DNA from: an uncultured Actinomycetota bacterium
GTDB taxonomy: Bacteria > Actinomycetota > Actinomycetes > Actinomycetales > Microbacteriaceae
Length of the DNA stretch: 64,000 nt
Direction of reading: 5' to 3'
Assembly (NCBI GenBank): GCA_963696115.1
Contig: CAVOIT010000006.1
Coordinates: forward strand, 180 to 64,179
Shown piece by piece: positions 11,511-21,994 of the stretch (positions within the stretch are counted from its first letter, which is position 1; each line of letters starts with the position of its first letter). Made by a program: the position numbers and the translations under genes. The notes under the pieces are model-generated. The model saw only the letters and a program-made list of their open reading frames with translations, was not told where the DNA came from and ran no database searches.

Positions 11511-12776
11511 TGGCGACCGGTCCAGCCAGGCGCTCAGGTCGCCGGCCACCGTCGGTCCTGCGCTTTCGGCCAGCAGCCGACGGAAGTCGTCCGTGGTCAC
11601 CAGATCATGGCGGTGCCGCCTCGCCCAGTCCCGCAGCAGTGCGAAGAAGGCGTCGTCGCCGATGGCGACGCGGATCGCGTGGAGGGCCAGCGCGCCGCGC
11701 TTGTACACCACGTCGTCGAACATGGCGTCGGGACCCGGGTCCCCGATCGCGATGCCGGACCCGACCGCGCGCAGTTCGCGGTGATGAGCGGCGGCCAGCT
11801 GACCGGCCGTCGGACCGCCGGAGGCTTCCGACCACACCCACTCGGCGTAGCACGCGAATCCCTCGTTGAGCCAGATGTCGCGCCAACGTGCGATTCCTAC
11901 GCTGTTGCCGAACCACTGGTGGGCGAGTTCGTGGGCCACGAGGCGCTCGCTGGCGGCATCCAGGTGGTTGCGCCCGAACACCGCCATCCCCTGCGCCTCG
12001 AGCGGGATCTCCAAATCGTCCGCAGTCACCACGAGGGTGCACTGCTCCTGCGGGTAGGGTCCGAACGCCGCCTCGAACACGCGCACCATGTCGGGCACCG
12101 GACGGAATGCGCGCTGCGCCTGGACGTCCAGCCTGGCGGGAGCCAGGTACTCGCCGCGCCCGGCCAGGGCACGACGCTGGTACCGGCCGATCTGCACCGA
12201 AGCCAGGTAGGTCGCCGTGGGCACGTCGCTGCGGAACACCGACGTCCGCCGGGGCCCCTGGCGACGGGTCTCCATCGGGCGCCCGGTGGCGGCGACCGTG
12301 TACTCGGCCTCGGTCGTGACGGCGATGCGGTAGCGGGCCCGGTCATCGGGCCGGTCATTGCAGGGGAACCACGTGGGTGCCCCGATGGGCTGGCCGGCCA
12401 CCAGCGCGCCGTCCGACAGCTCCTCCCAGCCGATGGCGCCCCAGCGTGAGCGCCGCGGAGCCGGCGCCCCCGCGTAGGTCACGTCGAGGGAGAACGGCTC
12501 GCCCGCGGCGATCGTGCGCCCGGCTGTGACGATGAGTCGCCGGCCACGCTGGTGGAACTCGGCAGGTTCCCCGTCCATGAGGACGCGCGAGGCGCGCAGG
12601 CCGCTCAGATCGAGCGCGAAGGAGCGGGAGCGCACCGCGGCGACCGCGGCGAGCACAGCCCGTGCCGAGAGCCGGTTCGTGCGGACCCGGTAGTCGAGGT
12701 CGAGATCGTACGCCTCGACGCCGAAACGGGTGTCCCCGCAGTCCGGCGTGTACGCATCCGCGGCCGCAGCGGTCAT
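11490..12776 (-). CDS. M1-family metalloaminopeptidase
   Basis: HELAHQWFGN...WLNEGFA zinc motif, VYKRGAL; overlaps the stop of the synthetase. Confidence 0.9.
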   Translation of the reverse strand: MTAAAADAYTPDCGDTRFGVEAYDLDLDYRVRTNRLSARAVLAAVAAVRSRSFALDLSGLRASRVLMDGEPAEFHQRGRRLIVTAGRTIAAGEPFSLDVTYAGAPAPRRSRWGAIGWEELSDGALVAGQPIGAPTWFPCNDRPDDRARYRIAVTTEAEYTVAATGRPMETRRQGPRRTSVFRSDVPTATYLASVQIGRYQRRALAGRGEYLAPARLDVQAQRAFRPVPDMVRVFEAAFGPYPQEQCTLVVTADDLEIPLEAQGMAVFGRNHLDAASERLVAHELAHQWFGNSVGIARWRDIWLNEGFACYAEWVWSEASGGPTAGQLAAAHHRELRAVGSGIAIGDPGPDAMFDDVVYKRGALALHAIRVAIGDDAFFALLRDWARRHRHDLVTTDDFRRLLAESAGPTVAGDLSAWLDRSPLPPLPG

Positions 12777-15700
12777 GCGCGCGACTGATACGGCCGGAGC
12801 TTCACCGCGCGCCACGGCCCGATCGGGTTCCCGCTCCAGCGGGACCCCTCGGGGACATGCTCCCCGCGCATCACCAGGGACACCGGCCCCACGGTCGCCT
12901 CCGCGCCCAGCGAGGCGCCGGGAAGGATCACGCTGTGCGGACCGAGCGTGGCTCCGTCCGCCAGCTCGACCGCGTCCATGCTCATGATTCGATCATGGAA
13001 CAAGTGCGTCTGCAGGACGCAGCCCCGGTTCACCGTGGCCGCCTCGCCGAGGGTCACCAGGTCGGGCTCGGGCAGCCAGTACGTCTCGCACCAGACGCCG
13101 GGTCCGATCCGCGAACCGAGCGAGCGCAGCCACATCGCCAGCGCCGGAGTACCGCTGGCAGCGCGCGCGAACCACGGCGCGGCCACCATTTCCGTGAACG
13201 TGTCGCTCACCTCCGTGCGCCAGACGAAGCTGGACCACAGCGGCCGCTCCCCGGGCCGGATCGGCCCGACCACCAGCCACTTGGCGAGCGTGGAGATCCC
13301 GGCGGACCCCGCCCCCGCGGCGAGCATCACCACCCCGGAGAGCAAGAACGCCAGCACCGCACCGAGGCGGTCGTGCACCAGCGCGAGCGTGAACAGCACT
13401 CCCAGACCGATCCCGCAGGTGACCAGGACGGGGACGATGCGGCAGGTCTCCCACAGGGCCCGCGCGACGCGCAGGCCCGCGGTGGGCTGATAGGTGCGGG
13501 TACTGTCGCCGCCCGCGGTCACCCTCCGCAGCCGCACGGCAGGCGAACCGAGCCACGACGATCCGGGCTTCGCCTTCGGGGGCGCCGACGACAGCACCGC
13601 CACCAGACCATCCCGCGGCACACGGCGGGACGGTGCAACCATGCTGGAGTTGCCGATGAAGGCGCGCCTGCCTACGCGCACCCGCCCGAGCCGCATCCAC
13701 CCCGAGTGCAGTTCGTAAGAGGCGATCATGGTGTCGTCGGCGAGGAAGGCGCCGTCATCGATCCGCGTCATCGAAGGCACCAGCAGCACCGTCGACGCCT
13801 CCACGTCCCGCCCGACCTCGGCTCCCAGCATCCGCAGCCACAGCGGCGTGAGCAGGCTCGAGTAAACCGGGAACAGCATCGTCCGACTCGTGTCGAGCAG
13901 CCGCTCGGTCGTCCACGCCTGCCAGGCGCGGCGGCTACGGACCGGAAAAGTGCCCGGCTTCAGGCCCACGGCGAGCAAGCGCACCGCGACCACGACGGCG
14001 CCGGCGAACACCGCCCCGGTGGTGAGAGTCGCCGGGGTCAGCCAGCCGAGTGCGGCGAACGCCGCGTCGCCGATCGTCGCGGACCCTCGAATCCCCACGG
14101 CGAGCACCGCGGCGCCCGCCGCGAACGCGGCGATCGGGAGCAGGCCCAGCAGCATCCCGGACGCCGCATACGCCCACAGCCACGGCCGACCGGCCGGCGC
14201 CCGCTCCTCGGGCCACCCGTCCCCGGCGGCACCGATCCGCGCCGCCGGTGACCCCGCCCACCGCTGATCGGCGTGGATGCGGCCGAACACCGCCGACCCG
14301 GGGGCGATCTCGGCGCGGCGTCCGATCCGGGTGCCCGGCGCCAGGGTGCTGCGCGCCCCCACCACCGCTCCCGCGCCCACCCGCACCTCGCCGATCCGCA
14401 CGATGTCGCCGTCGATCCAGTAGCCCGACAGATCGACCTCCGGTTCGATCGCGGCCCCGTCCCCGATCCGCAGCATCCCGGTGACCGGGGGAAGCGCATG
14501 CAGGTCGACGTCGCGACCGACCTGGGCACCCAGCGCCCGGGCGTAGTACACCACCCACGGCGCCCCGGCCAGGCCCACGGGATCCACCTGTGCCCCGATC
14601 TGCTCGGCCAGCCACAGCCTCAAGTGCACCGATCCGCCGCGGGGGTAGTCCCCCGGCGCGACCGACCGCAGCAGCAGTCGCGCACTCACCGCCGCGATCG
14701 CCATCCGTCCGAACGGAGTGGCGAAGATCAGCAGTCCCGCCGCGAGCGCCCACCACGGCGCAGCGGGGAGCACCTCGAAACCGGGGACGGCGTGCAGCAG
14801 CGTTCCCGCGGTCAGGAGGTACATGAGCCAGCGCGCCCCGGACAGGATGAACAGCGGCGCCCCCAGCACCGTCTGGATCGCCTGCATGCGGCGCGGGGTG
14901 CGGGCGGACCGGCTGTGCGGTGGGAGGGCCGGCCCGATGGTGAGCGGGCCCAGAGCGTGCGCCATCGCTCCCAGCCGGGGGAGATCGTAGATGTCAGCGA
15001 CGGCGAACTCCGGCGCCCGGACCCGGATGCGGGACACCAGTTGAGCGGCGGCGAGGGACCCGCCGCCCAGATCGAAGAAGTCCGCGTCCGGACCCGTCAC
15101 CGGGATGCCGAGGACCGCCTGCCACTGTTCGGCGAGCCACTGCTCGGTGGGGGTGAGTCCGGCGGGCGGTGTGTCGGCTCCTGGCAGCGGCCAGGGAAGG
15201 GCGGACCGATCGACCTTCCCGGAAGTCCGCACCGGGAGCGCGTCGACCACGGCGAGGGTCGGCACGAGGGCCGCGGGCATCTCGGCGGCGAGCGTCCGCC
15301 GCGCCGTCGGAACGTCGAAACCCTCCGGGTCGTCGACCACGAGGTAGCCGACCAGCAGCTGCACCCCGGACCGCGTGCCCCTCACGGCGGCGGCCGCGGC
15401 GGTCACACCGGCCAGGCCCTGCAGTGCCGCCTCCACCTCGCCCAGTTCGATCCGCCGACCACCGATCTTGACCTGGTCATCAGCGCGGCCCTGGAAGACC
15501 AGACCCGCGGGATCGAACCGCACCAGGTCGCCGGACCGGTAGGCCCGGGACCATCCGAGTGCGGGTATCGGCGCGTAGCGAGCGGCGTCCAGGTCGGCGT
15601 CCAGGTAGCGGGCCAGCCCCACACCGCCGATCACCAGTTCCCCGACCTCGCCGTCGGCCACCGGGCGCCCTTCAGCGTCGATCACGGCGAGTGCCCACCC

Positions 15701-16696
15701 GTCCAAGGGCAGACCGATCCGCACAGGTTCGGATCCGTCGAGCCGCGCCGCGCACGCCACGACCGTGGCCTCGGTGGGTCCGTACGTGTTCCACACCTCC
15801 CGGTCGTCCGCGACCAGGCGCGCCGCAAGCTCCGGCGGGCACGCCTCCCCGCCGAAAATCAGCAGTCGCACGTTCTCGAGCGACTCCGCAGGCCACATCG
15901 CCGCCAGGGTCGGCACCGTGGACACCACGGTGATCCCCTGGCGGATCAGCCAGGGCGCCAAGTCCTCGCCGGATCGCACGAGGGCGCGCGGGGCGGGGAC
16001 CAGGCACGCGCCGTGGCGCCATGCGAGCCACATCTCCTCGCAGGATGCGTCGAACGCGACCGACAGTCCCGCGAGCACGCGGTCCCCCGGGCCGAGCGTC
16101 TGGTCCTGGAGGAACATCCTGGCCTCGGCGTCGACGAACGCCGCTGCGGACCGGTGGGTCACCGCCACCCCCTTCGGGATCCCGGTGGAACCCGAGGTGA
16201 AGATGATCCACGCGTCGTCGGACGGCTCGACCCGGTGCAGCGCCGGCAAGGACGCCGTCGGCGCCGACGCGAGGATGGGGAGGGCAGGACCCGGAGGACG
16301 ATCCGCGACCGCCGCAGTGAAGACGCCCCCGGCGCCCACGATCCCGGCGACCCCGGCCTGCTCGAACACGAGGCGCGCCCGGTCGTCGGGATCCTCGGCG
16401 TCGACCGGCACGTACGCCGCTCCGGCCATCATCGTCCCGAGGATGGCCACGTACAGGTCATGCGTCCCGGACGGGATTCGGATGCCGACCCGGTCGCCCG
16501 CCCGGACGCCCGCCGCCACCAGGGCCGCAGCCGCGGCGGCCGCGCGAGCCAGGAGCGTCCGGTAGGTCAGCTCCACGGAGCCATCGTCGATCGCGACGGC
16601 ATGTGGGAACCGCGCTGCCGTCGTCGCCAGCACGTCCACCAGCGTGCGCGGGGGCGCGGCCATCTCGCGGCGGTCGAGAATGCCCTCTTCTGCCAC
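12773..16696 (-). CDS. Pls/PosA-family membrane-bound single-module NRPS (epsilon-poly-L-lysine-synthetase-like)
   Basis: A domain (FTSGSTGIPKG, YGPTE, YRSGD), T domain DFFDLGGGSL, TM segments and three beta-helix C-terminal repeats (QTHLFHDR); start uncertain (16663-16696). Confidence 0.93.
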   Translation of the reverse strand: MAEEGILDRREMAAPPRTLVDVLATTAARFPHAVAIDDGSVELTYRTLLARAAAAAAALVAAGVRAGDRVGIRIPSGTHDLYVAILGTMMAGAAYVPVDAEDPDDRARLVFEQAGVAGIVGAGGVFTAAVADRPPGPALPILASAPTASLPALHRVEPSDDAWIIFTSGSTGIPKGVAVTHRSAAAFVDAEARMFLQDQTLGPGDRVLAGLSVAFDASCEEMWLAWRHGACLVPAPRALVRSGEDLAPWLIRQGITVVSTVPTLAAMWPAESLENVRLLIFGGEACPPELAARLVADDREVWNTYGPTEATVVACAARLDGSEPVRIGLPLDGWALAVIDAEGRPVADGEVGELVIGGVGLARYLDADLDAARYAPIPALGWSRAYRSGDLVRFDPAGLVFQGRADDQVKIGGRRIELGEVEAALQGLAGVTAAAAAVRGTRSGVQLLVGYLVVDDPEGFDVPTARRTLAAEMPAALVPTLAVVDALPVRTSGKVDRSALPWPLPGADTPPAGLTPTEQWLAEQWQAVLGIPVTGPDADFFDLGGGSLAAAQLVSRIRVRAPEFAVADIYDLPRLGAMAHALGPLTIGPALPPHSRSARTPRRMQAIQTVLGAPLFILSGARWLMYLLTAGTLLHAVPGFEVLPAAPWWALAAGLLIFATPFGRMAIAAVSARLLLRSVAPGDYPRGGSVHLRLWLAEQIGAQVDPVGLAGAPWVVYYARALGAQVGRDVDLHALPPVTGMLRIGDGAAIEPEVDLSGYWIDGDIVRIGEVRVGAGAVVGARSTLAPGTRIGRRAEIAPGSAVFGRIHADQRWAGSPAARIGAAGDGWPEERAPAGRPWLWAYAASGMLLGLLPIAAFAAGAAVLAVGIRGSATIGDAAFAALGWLTPATLTTGAVFAGAVVVAVRLLAVGLKPGTFPVRSRRAWQAWTTERLLDTSRTMLFPVYSSLLTPLWLRMLGAEVGRDVEASTVLLVPSMTRIDDGAFLADDTMIASYELHSGWMRLGRVRVGRRAFIGNSSMVAPSRRVPRDGLVAVLSSAPPKAKPGSSWLGSPAVRLRRVTAGGDSTRTYQPTAGLRVARALWETCRIVPVLVTCGIGLGVLFTLALVHDRLGAVLAFLLSGVVMLAAGAGSAGISTLAKWLVVGPIRPGERPLWSSFVWRTEVSDTFTEMVAAPWFARAASGTPALAMWLRSLGSRIGPGVWCETYWLPEPDLVTLGEAATVNRGCVLQTHLFHDRIMSMDAVELADGATLGPHSVILPGASLGAEATVGPVSLVMRGEHVPEGSRWSGNPIGPWRAVKLRPYQSRA

Positions 16697-16767
16697 CCCG
16701 GACCCCCTTCCACGACCGCCGGCCCCTCGACAGCGTAGCCACCGCGCGTGAACCGACCCGCCGCCGT

Positions 16768-16789
16768 GTTCACCAGCCGTTCACCCCCC
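16768..16789 (+). promoter_or_regulatory. PHO box upstream of pstS
   Basis: GTTCACCAGCC GTTCACCCCCC tandem 11-nt repeats; an inverted GTGAAC copy at 16748-16753. Confidence 0.8.
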
Positions 16790-16875
16790 CTGCGCAGTCT
16801 GGTAAGGCGGCGTGTCTACGGTCGCAGCGAGCCCTGCACCGGGCACGTATCCCTGACATGTAAAGGACTGTCGCA

Positions 16876-17976
16876 GTGAAGATCAATCGCATCACCCAGG
16901 TGGGCGCGCTGGCCGCGGTCGCCGCGCTCGCCCTCGCCGGCTGCGCCTCCAACGAGGGCGGCGCTCAGACCGATGCGCCGGTCTCGTCGCTGTCCGGCAA
17001 CCTCGCCGGCGGCGGCGCGTCTTCCCAGGAGGTCGCGCAGCAGGCGTGGATCGCCGGCTTCCAGACCGCCAACCCGGACGTGACCATCACGTACGACCCA
17101 GCCGGCTCCGGCGCGGGCCGCGAGTCGTTCCAGGCGGGGGCCTTCCCGTTCGCGGGTACCGACCGCGCCTTCAAGCCCGACGAGATCGAGGCGGGCCCGT
17201 TCGACGGCTGCGCCACCCCGGGCATCGTCGAACTGCCGCTGTACATCTCGCCGATCGCGGTGATCTTCAACATCGACGGCGTCGACGCGCTGAACCTGGA
17301 CGCGGCCACAATCGCGAAGCTGTTCAACGGCACCATCACCAACTGGAACGACCCCGCGATCGCGGCGCTGAACCCCGGCGTGACCCTGCCGGACCTGGCG
17401 GTGACGCCAGTGCACCGCGCCGACGACTCCGGCACCACGGAGAACTTCACCGACTACCTGTACCAGGCGTCGGGCGGTGCCTGGGCGGATGAGGCGGACG
17501 GTGTGTGGCCGCTCGCCAGCGGTGAAGCCGCGCAGGGCACCTCCGGCGTGGTCGCCGCGGTCGCCGGCGGCAACGGCACCATCGGCTACGCGGACGCGTC
17601 ACGGGCCGCGGAGGAGGGTCTGACGACCGCCGCAGTCAAGATCGGCGACGAGTTCGTGCCGTACTCGCCCGAGGCGGCCGCCGCCATCGTGGACGAGTCG
17701 CCCTTCGAGGAGGGCCGCGCGGACGGTGACCTCGCGATCAAGCTCGACCGCACCAGCACCGCGGCCGGCGTGTACCCGATCGTCCTGGTCAGCTACCTGG
17801 TGGCGTGCGAGGAATACGTCGACACCGCAGTCGCTCCGCTTGTGAAGGGGTACCTGCAGTACATCGCGAGCCCCGAAGGTCAGGACGCCGCCGCGGCCGC
17901 CGCGGGCAACGCCCCGATCTCCGACACGCTGCGCGAGCAGGTCAACGCGGCGATCGACCTGATCGTCACCCAGTGA
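16876..17976 (+). CDS. pstS: Phosphate ABC transporter substrate-binding lipoprotein
   Basis: Lipobox LAGC, GASSQ, GSGAG, HRADDSGTTENF. Confidence 0.95.
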   Translation: MKINRITQVGALAAVAALALAGCASNEGGAQTDAPVSSLSGNLAGGGASSQEVAQQAWIAGFQTANPDVTITYDPAGSGAGRESFQAGAFPFAGTDRAFKPDEIEAGPFDGCATPGIVELPLYISPIAVIFNIDGVDALNLDAATIAKLFNGTITNWNDPAIAALNPGVTLPDLAVTPVHRADDSGTTENFTDYLYQASGGAWADEADGVWPLASGEAAQGTSGVVAAVAGGNGTIGYADASRAAEEGLTTAAVKIGDEFVPYSPEAAAAIVDESPFEEGRADGDLAIKLDRTSTAAGVYPIVLVSYLVACEEYVDTAVAPLVKGYLQYIASPEGQDAAAAAAGNAPISDTLREQVNAAIDLIVTQ

Positions 17977-17980
17977 CGTC

Positions 17981-18014
17981 GACGGCCGGCCCGGCTTCAG
18001 CCGGGCCGGCCGTC
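17981..18014 (+). terminator. 16-bp stem-loop after pstS (terminator or mRNA stabiliser)
   Basis: GACGGCCGGCCCGGCT-TC-AGCCGGGCCGGCCGTC. Confidence 0.6.
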
Positions 18015-18055
18015 CCCCACTCCGTGCCCCACTTCGTCGTCCCAAGGAACAACGC

Positions 18056-19015
18056 ATGACACAGTCGGCACCCGCGGCGCTGAACGCGTCCCGCCGCGCC
18101 GGGACGAAGCAGCGGCCGGGGGATCGCTGGTTCTCCGGCACCGCCGTCGGGGCCGGCATCACGATCCTGGTGACTCTCGCCGCCGTCGCCCTTTTCCTCA
18201 TCATCCAGTCGATCCCGGGACTGACCGCGACCAGCGAGAACGCGAAGCTGCTGTCGTCGAACTTCTGGGCGTATGTCTGGCCGCTCGCCTTCGGCACCGT
18301 GTGGGTATCATTCCTCGCCCTGCTCATCGCCGTGCCGCTGTCGGTGTGCGTCGCGTTGTTCATCTCGCACTACGCTCCGCGTCAGATGGCGCAAGTGCTC
18401 GGGTACGCGGTCGACCTGCTGGCGGCGGTGCCGTCGGTCGTGTTCGGCCTGTGGGGCATCCTCGTGCTGGCGCCGATCGTGCAGCCGGTCTACACGTGGT
18501 TGAACGCCAACGCGGGCTGGTTTCCGCTGTTCGCCGGATCGCCATCGGGCACCGGGCGCACCATCTTCACGGCCGCGATCGTGCTCGCCGTCATGGTCGT
18601 CCCCATCATCACCGCGATCTGCCGGGAGGTCTTCCTGCAGACGCCCGTGCTCCACGAGGAGGCGGCGCTCGCCCTCGGCGCCACGCGGTGGGAGATGATC
18701 CGCATGACGGTGTTCCCGTTCGGGCGCAGCGGCATCATCTCCGCATCGATGCTGGGGCTGGGGCGCGCGCTGGGCGAGACCATGGCGGTGGCCATGGTGC
18801 TGTCGGCGGCGAACATCGTCACCTTCCGACTGTTCACCTCGGAGAACCCCGGCACGATCCCCGCGAACATCGCGCTGACCTTCCCGGAAGCGTTCGGGAT
18901 CAACATCAACGTGTTGATCGCCACCGGCCTGATCCTGTTCGTCGTCACCTTCGCCGTGAATGCCGTGGCGCGATGGGTCGTGGAGCGGCGCAAAGAATTC
19001 TCGGGGGCGAACTGA
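18056..19015 (+). CDS. pstC: Phosphate ABC transporter permease PstC
   Basis: LLAAVPSVVFGLWG, EAALALGATRWE, GRALGETMAV. Confidence 0.95.
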   Translation: MTQSAPAALNASRRAGTKQRPGDRWFSGTAVGAGITILVTLAAVALFLIIQSIPGLTATSENAKLLSSNFWAYVWPLAFGTVWVSFLALLIAVPLSVCVALFISHYAPRQMAQVLGYAVDLLAAVPSVVFGLWGILVLAPIVQPVYTWLNANAGWFPLFAGSPSGTGRTIFTAAIVLAVMVVPIITAICREVFLQTPVLHEEAALALGATRWEMIRMTVFPFGRSGIISASMLGLGRALGETMAVAMVLSAANIVTFRLFTSENPGTIPANIALTFPEAFGININVLIATGLILFVVTFAVNAVARWVVERRKEFSGAN

Positions 19016-19016
19016 C

Positions 19017-20117
19017 ATGACGGTGACCATCGCATCACCCCCGCAGGCCCCTCTGGCACGGCCCGTGCACCGGCTGACCAGCGGCAGGCTCGCCCGCTGG
19101 GTGCCCTGGGCGATCCTGGCCGGCAGCGCGGCACTCAGTGCGGCGGTGCTCGCGGTCATCGCGGCGGCATCCGCGTCCGGCTTCAACGTCATCGGATGGG
19201 CTGTCGTCACCGCCGTGATGTACCTCGTCCTGGTGACGACCGTGTCGGGCGTGGTCGAGGGCCGACGCAAGGCGGTGGACCGGCTCGTGACCGGCGTGGT
19301 GACCATCGCGTTCGGGATCGCACTGGTCCCCCTGATCTCGGTGACCGTCACCGTGCTCGTCAACGGCGTCGCCGGGATGTCGGCGGACTTCTTCGGCAGC
19401 TCGATGCGGAACGTCGTCGGGGAGGGCGGCGGCGCCCTCCACGCCATCATCGGCACGGTGCTGATCACCCTGGCGGCGGCGGTCATCTCGATCCCGGTCG
19501 GGATCTTCACGGCGATCTACCTGGTCGAGTACGGGCAGGGCACCCGCCTGGCGCGCAGCGTGACGTTCCTCGTGGACGTCATGACCGGCATCCCCTCGAT
19601 CGTGGCCGGTCTGTTCGCCTACGCCGTCTTCGCGATCTTCCTCGGCCCCGGCATCCGGATGGGGATCATGGGATCCATCGCCCTGGCGGTGCTCATGATC
19701 CCGATCATCGTGCGGTCCACGGAGGAGATGCTGCGACTCGTGCCGAACGAGCTGCGCGAGGCCGCTTACGCCCTGGGGGTGCCCAAGTGGCTCACCATCG
19801 CGCGGGTGGTGCTGCCCACGTCGCTGGCCGGGATCATGACGGGCGTGATGCTGTCCATCTCCCGCGTCATCGGCGAGACCGCCCCCCTGTTGTTGACGGC
19901 GGGTGTGGCGACATCCATGAACTACAACCTCTTCGAGGGAAGGATGATGACCCTGCCGGTGTTCGCATATTCGCAGTACATGAATCAGGGCATCCCGGCC
20001 GAGGCATACATCAACCGTGCGTGGGCGGCGGCGCTGGTGCTGATCCTGATCGTGATGGTGCTGAACGTGGTGGCGAGACTGGTCGCTCACTTCTTCTCCC
20101 CCACGTTCAGCCGCTGA
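19017..20117 (+). CDS. pstA: Phosphate ABC transporter permease PstA
   Basis: [28 protein letters not shown]. Confidence 0.95.
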   Translation: MTVTIASPPQAPLARPVHRLTSGRLARWVPWAILAGSAALSAAVLAVIAAASASGFNVIGWAVVTAVMYLVLVTTVSGVVEGRRKAVDRLVTGVVTIAFGIALVPLISVTVTVLVNGVAGMSADFFGSSMRNVVGEGGGALHAIIGTVLITLAAAVISIPVGIFTAIYLVEYGQGTRLARSVTFLVDVMTGIPSIVAGLFAYAVFAIFLGPGIRMGIMGSIALAVLMIPIIVRSTEEMLRLVPNELREAAYALGVPKWLTIARVVLPTSLAGIMTGVMLSISRVIGETAPLLLTAGVATSMNYNLFEGRMMTLPVFAYSQYMNQGIPAEAYINRAWAAALVLILIVMVLNVVARLVAHFFSPTFSR

Positions 20118-20143
20118 CCGAACCCGAACGAACCGAGGAGACC

Positions 20144-20923
20144 GTGTCCAAGAGCATCGAGGTCACCGATCTGAACGTCTACTACGGCGATTTCCTGGCC
20201 GTCGAGGACGTGTCGCTGACGATCGAGCCGCGCAGCGTCACCGCGTTCATCGGACCGTCCGGATGCGGCAAGTCCACCTTCCTGCGAACCCTGAACCGGA
20301 TGCACGAGGTGATCCCGGGCGCGTACGTCACCGGCGAGGTGCTGCTGGACGGCGAGAACCTGTACGCGCCCAACGTCGACCCGGTGCTGGTGCGCCGTCA
20401 GGTGGGGATGGTGTTCCAGCGCCCAAACCCGTTCCCGACCATGTCGATCCGCGACAACGTGCTCGCCGGCGTGAAGCTCAACAACCGCCGGATCTCGCGG
20501 TCCGACGCCGACGCGCTGGTGGAGCGATCGCTGCAGGGCGCGAACCTGTGGAACGAGGTCAAGGACCGGCTGGACAAGCCGGGGTCGGGACTCTCGGGCG
20601 GTCAGCAGCAGCGCCTGTGCATCGCCCGCGCCATCGCCGTGGCCCCGGAGGTGCTGCTGATGGACGAGCCGTGCTCGGCGCTCGACCCGATCTCCACCTA
20701 CGCGATCGAGGAGCTGATCGAGGAGCTCAAGGCCGAGTACACGATCGTGATCGTCACCCACAACATGCAGCAGGCGTCCCGGGTCAGCGACAAGACGGCG
20801 TTCTTCAACATCGCCGGCACCGGCATGCCCGGCAAGCTCATCGAGTACGACGACACCTCCACGATCTTCACCGCACCGTCGATGAAGTCCACCGAGGACT
20901 ACGTGTCCGGCCGCTTCGGCTGA
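20144..20923 (+). CDS. pstB: Phosphate ABC transporter ATPase PstB
   Basis: [30 protein letters not shown], terminal YVSGRFG. Confidence 0.96.
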   Translation: MSKSIEVTDLNVYYGDFLAVEDVSLTIEPRSVTAFIGPSGCGKSTFLRTLNRMHEVIPGAYVTGEVLLDGENLYAPNVDPVLVRRQVGMVFQRPNPFPTMSIRDNVLAGVKLNNRRISRSDADALVERSLQGANLWNEVKDRLDKPGSGLSGGQQQRLCIARAIAVAPEVLLMDEPCSALDPISTYAIEELIEELKAEYTIVIVTHNMQQASRVSDKTAFFNIAGTGMPGKLIEYDDTSTIFTAPSMKSTEDYVSGRFG

Positions 20924-21029
20924 ACCCGCCCGGCCCGGAGTCTTCTCCCCCGTCGAGACGGCCTGGACGGGACTCCTGCGAGCGGGGGATGCCGCGCCTG
21001 CGGCCGCCCGCCCGACGCACGCTGATCGC

Positions 21030-21860
21030 ATGCTGGCGCAGCCGATGGTCGATCCGGTCCTGTGGCGCACGTCGGCGTTGCGCAGCGCGGGTTGGACGCG
21101 AGACAGTATCCGCCGCGCGACCGCCGCGGGATCCCTCACGCCCGTCCGACGCGGACTGTACGCGGCCGCAGGATGCGATGTGAGGCATCTCACCGCGGCC
21201 CGCCACGGCGGCGCCCCGGCCTGCGTGACAGCCGGCGGCATCCTGGGCCTGTGGGTGCTCGACGACGGCCGCGTCCACGTCGGGCTCGGCCGGGCGGGTC
21301 ATCGGCTGCCCCATGCCGGGTGCGGATGCGTCGAGCACTGGGACGGCCCTGTCCCCGCGCCCGGCACCATCCCCCCGGTGACGACCGTCCTCACCCAGAT
21401 CGCCGGATGCCGCGGCCCTGAGGCCTTCTTCGTCGCCCTCGAATCCGCACTCGCGGCCGGACAGGTGACGATCGCGCAGATGCGGACCATGCGGACGAAC
21501 CTGCCGCGCGCCGCCGCCGCGCTCGTGGACCTGGCCCGGGCGGATGCGGGGTCGGGCACGGAGTCGCTGTTCCGTCTGCGACTGCTGCCCTCCGGCATCC
21601 CGATCCGATCGCAGGCGCGCGTGGGTCCGGGTCACCGGGCCGACTTCCTCATCGGAGACCGACTGCTGGTCGAGATCGACAGTCGCGCTCACCACGACGC
21701 GCCTCGCGCTCGGCGTCGGGACCTGGATCGCGACGCGAGCGCCGCTGTCTGGGACTACGAGACGCTCCGCTTCGACTACGGTCAGGTCCTGCACGACTGG
21801 GACACCGTGGAAGCCGCCGTCCTCGCCAAGGTCGCCGCCGGCGCCCACCTGCGCCCCTGA
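21030..21860 (+). CDS. AbiEi-like N-terminus plus DUF559/Vsr-like endonuclease domain protein
   Basis: VRRGLY N-terminal motif; SGTESLFRL...ADFLIGDRLLVEIDS..H..DLDRD...LRF C-terminal motif. Confidence 0.75.
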   Translation: MLAQPMVDPVLWRTSALRSAGWTRDSIRRATAAGSLTPVRRGLYAAAGCDVRHLTAARHGGAPACVTAGGILGLWVLDDGRVHVGLGRAGHRLPHAGCGCVEHWDGPVPAPGTIPPVTTVLTQIAGCRGPEAFFVALESALAAGQVTIAQMRTMRTNLPRAAAALVDLARADAGSGTESLFRLRLLPSGIPIRSQARVGPGHRADFLIGDRLLVEIDSRAHHDAPRARRRDLDRDASAAVWDYETLRFDYGQVLHDWDTVEAAVLAKVAAGAHLRP

Positions 21861-21885
21861 TCCCCCTCTCCCGCCTCCGCCGCTC

Positions 21886-21994
21886 CCGCCCGCCGTCGTG
21901 CGGCTCCGCCCGCCCGTCGTGCGGACCTCATCCGCGACACGCCGGAAGCGCGGGCCGGGAGGCCGGCGTGTCGCGCTCGGCATCCGCACGACGG
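21886..21994. repeat. REP-like nested inverted repeat between convergent genes
   Basis: CCGTCGTGCGGA (21914-25) / TCCGCACGACGG (21983-94) enclosing CGCGACACGCCGG (21933-45) / CCGGCGTGTCGCG (21963-75); left arm partly duplicated. Confidence 0.75.
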
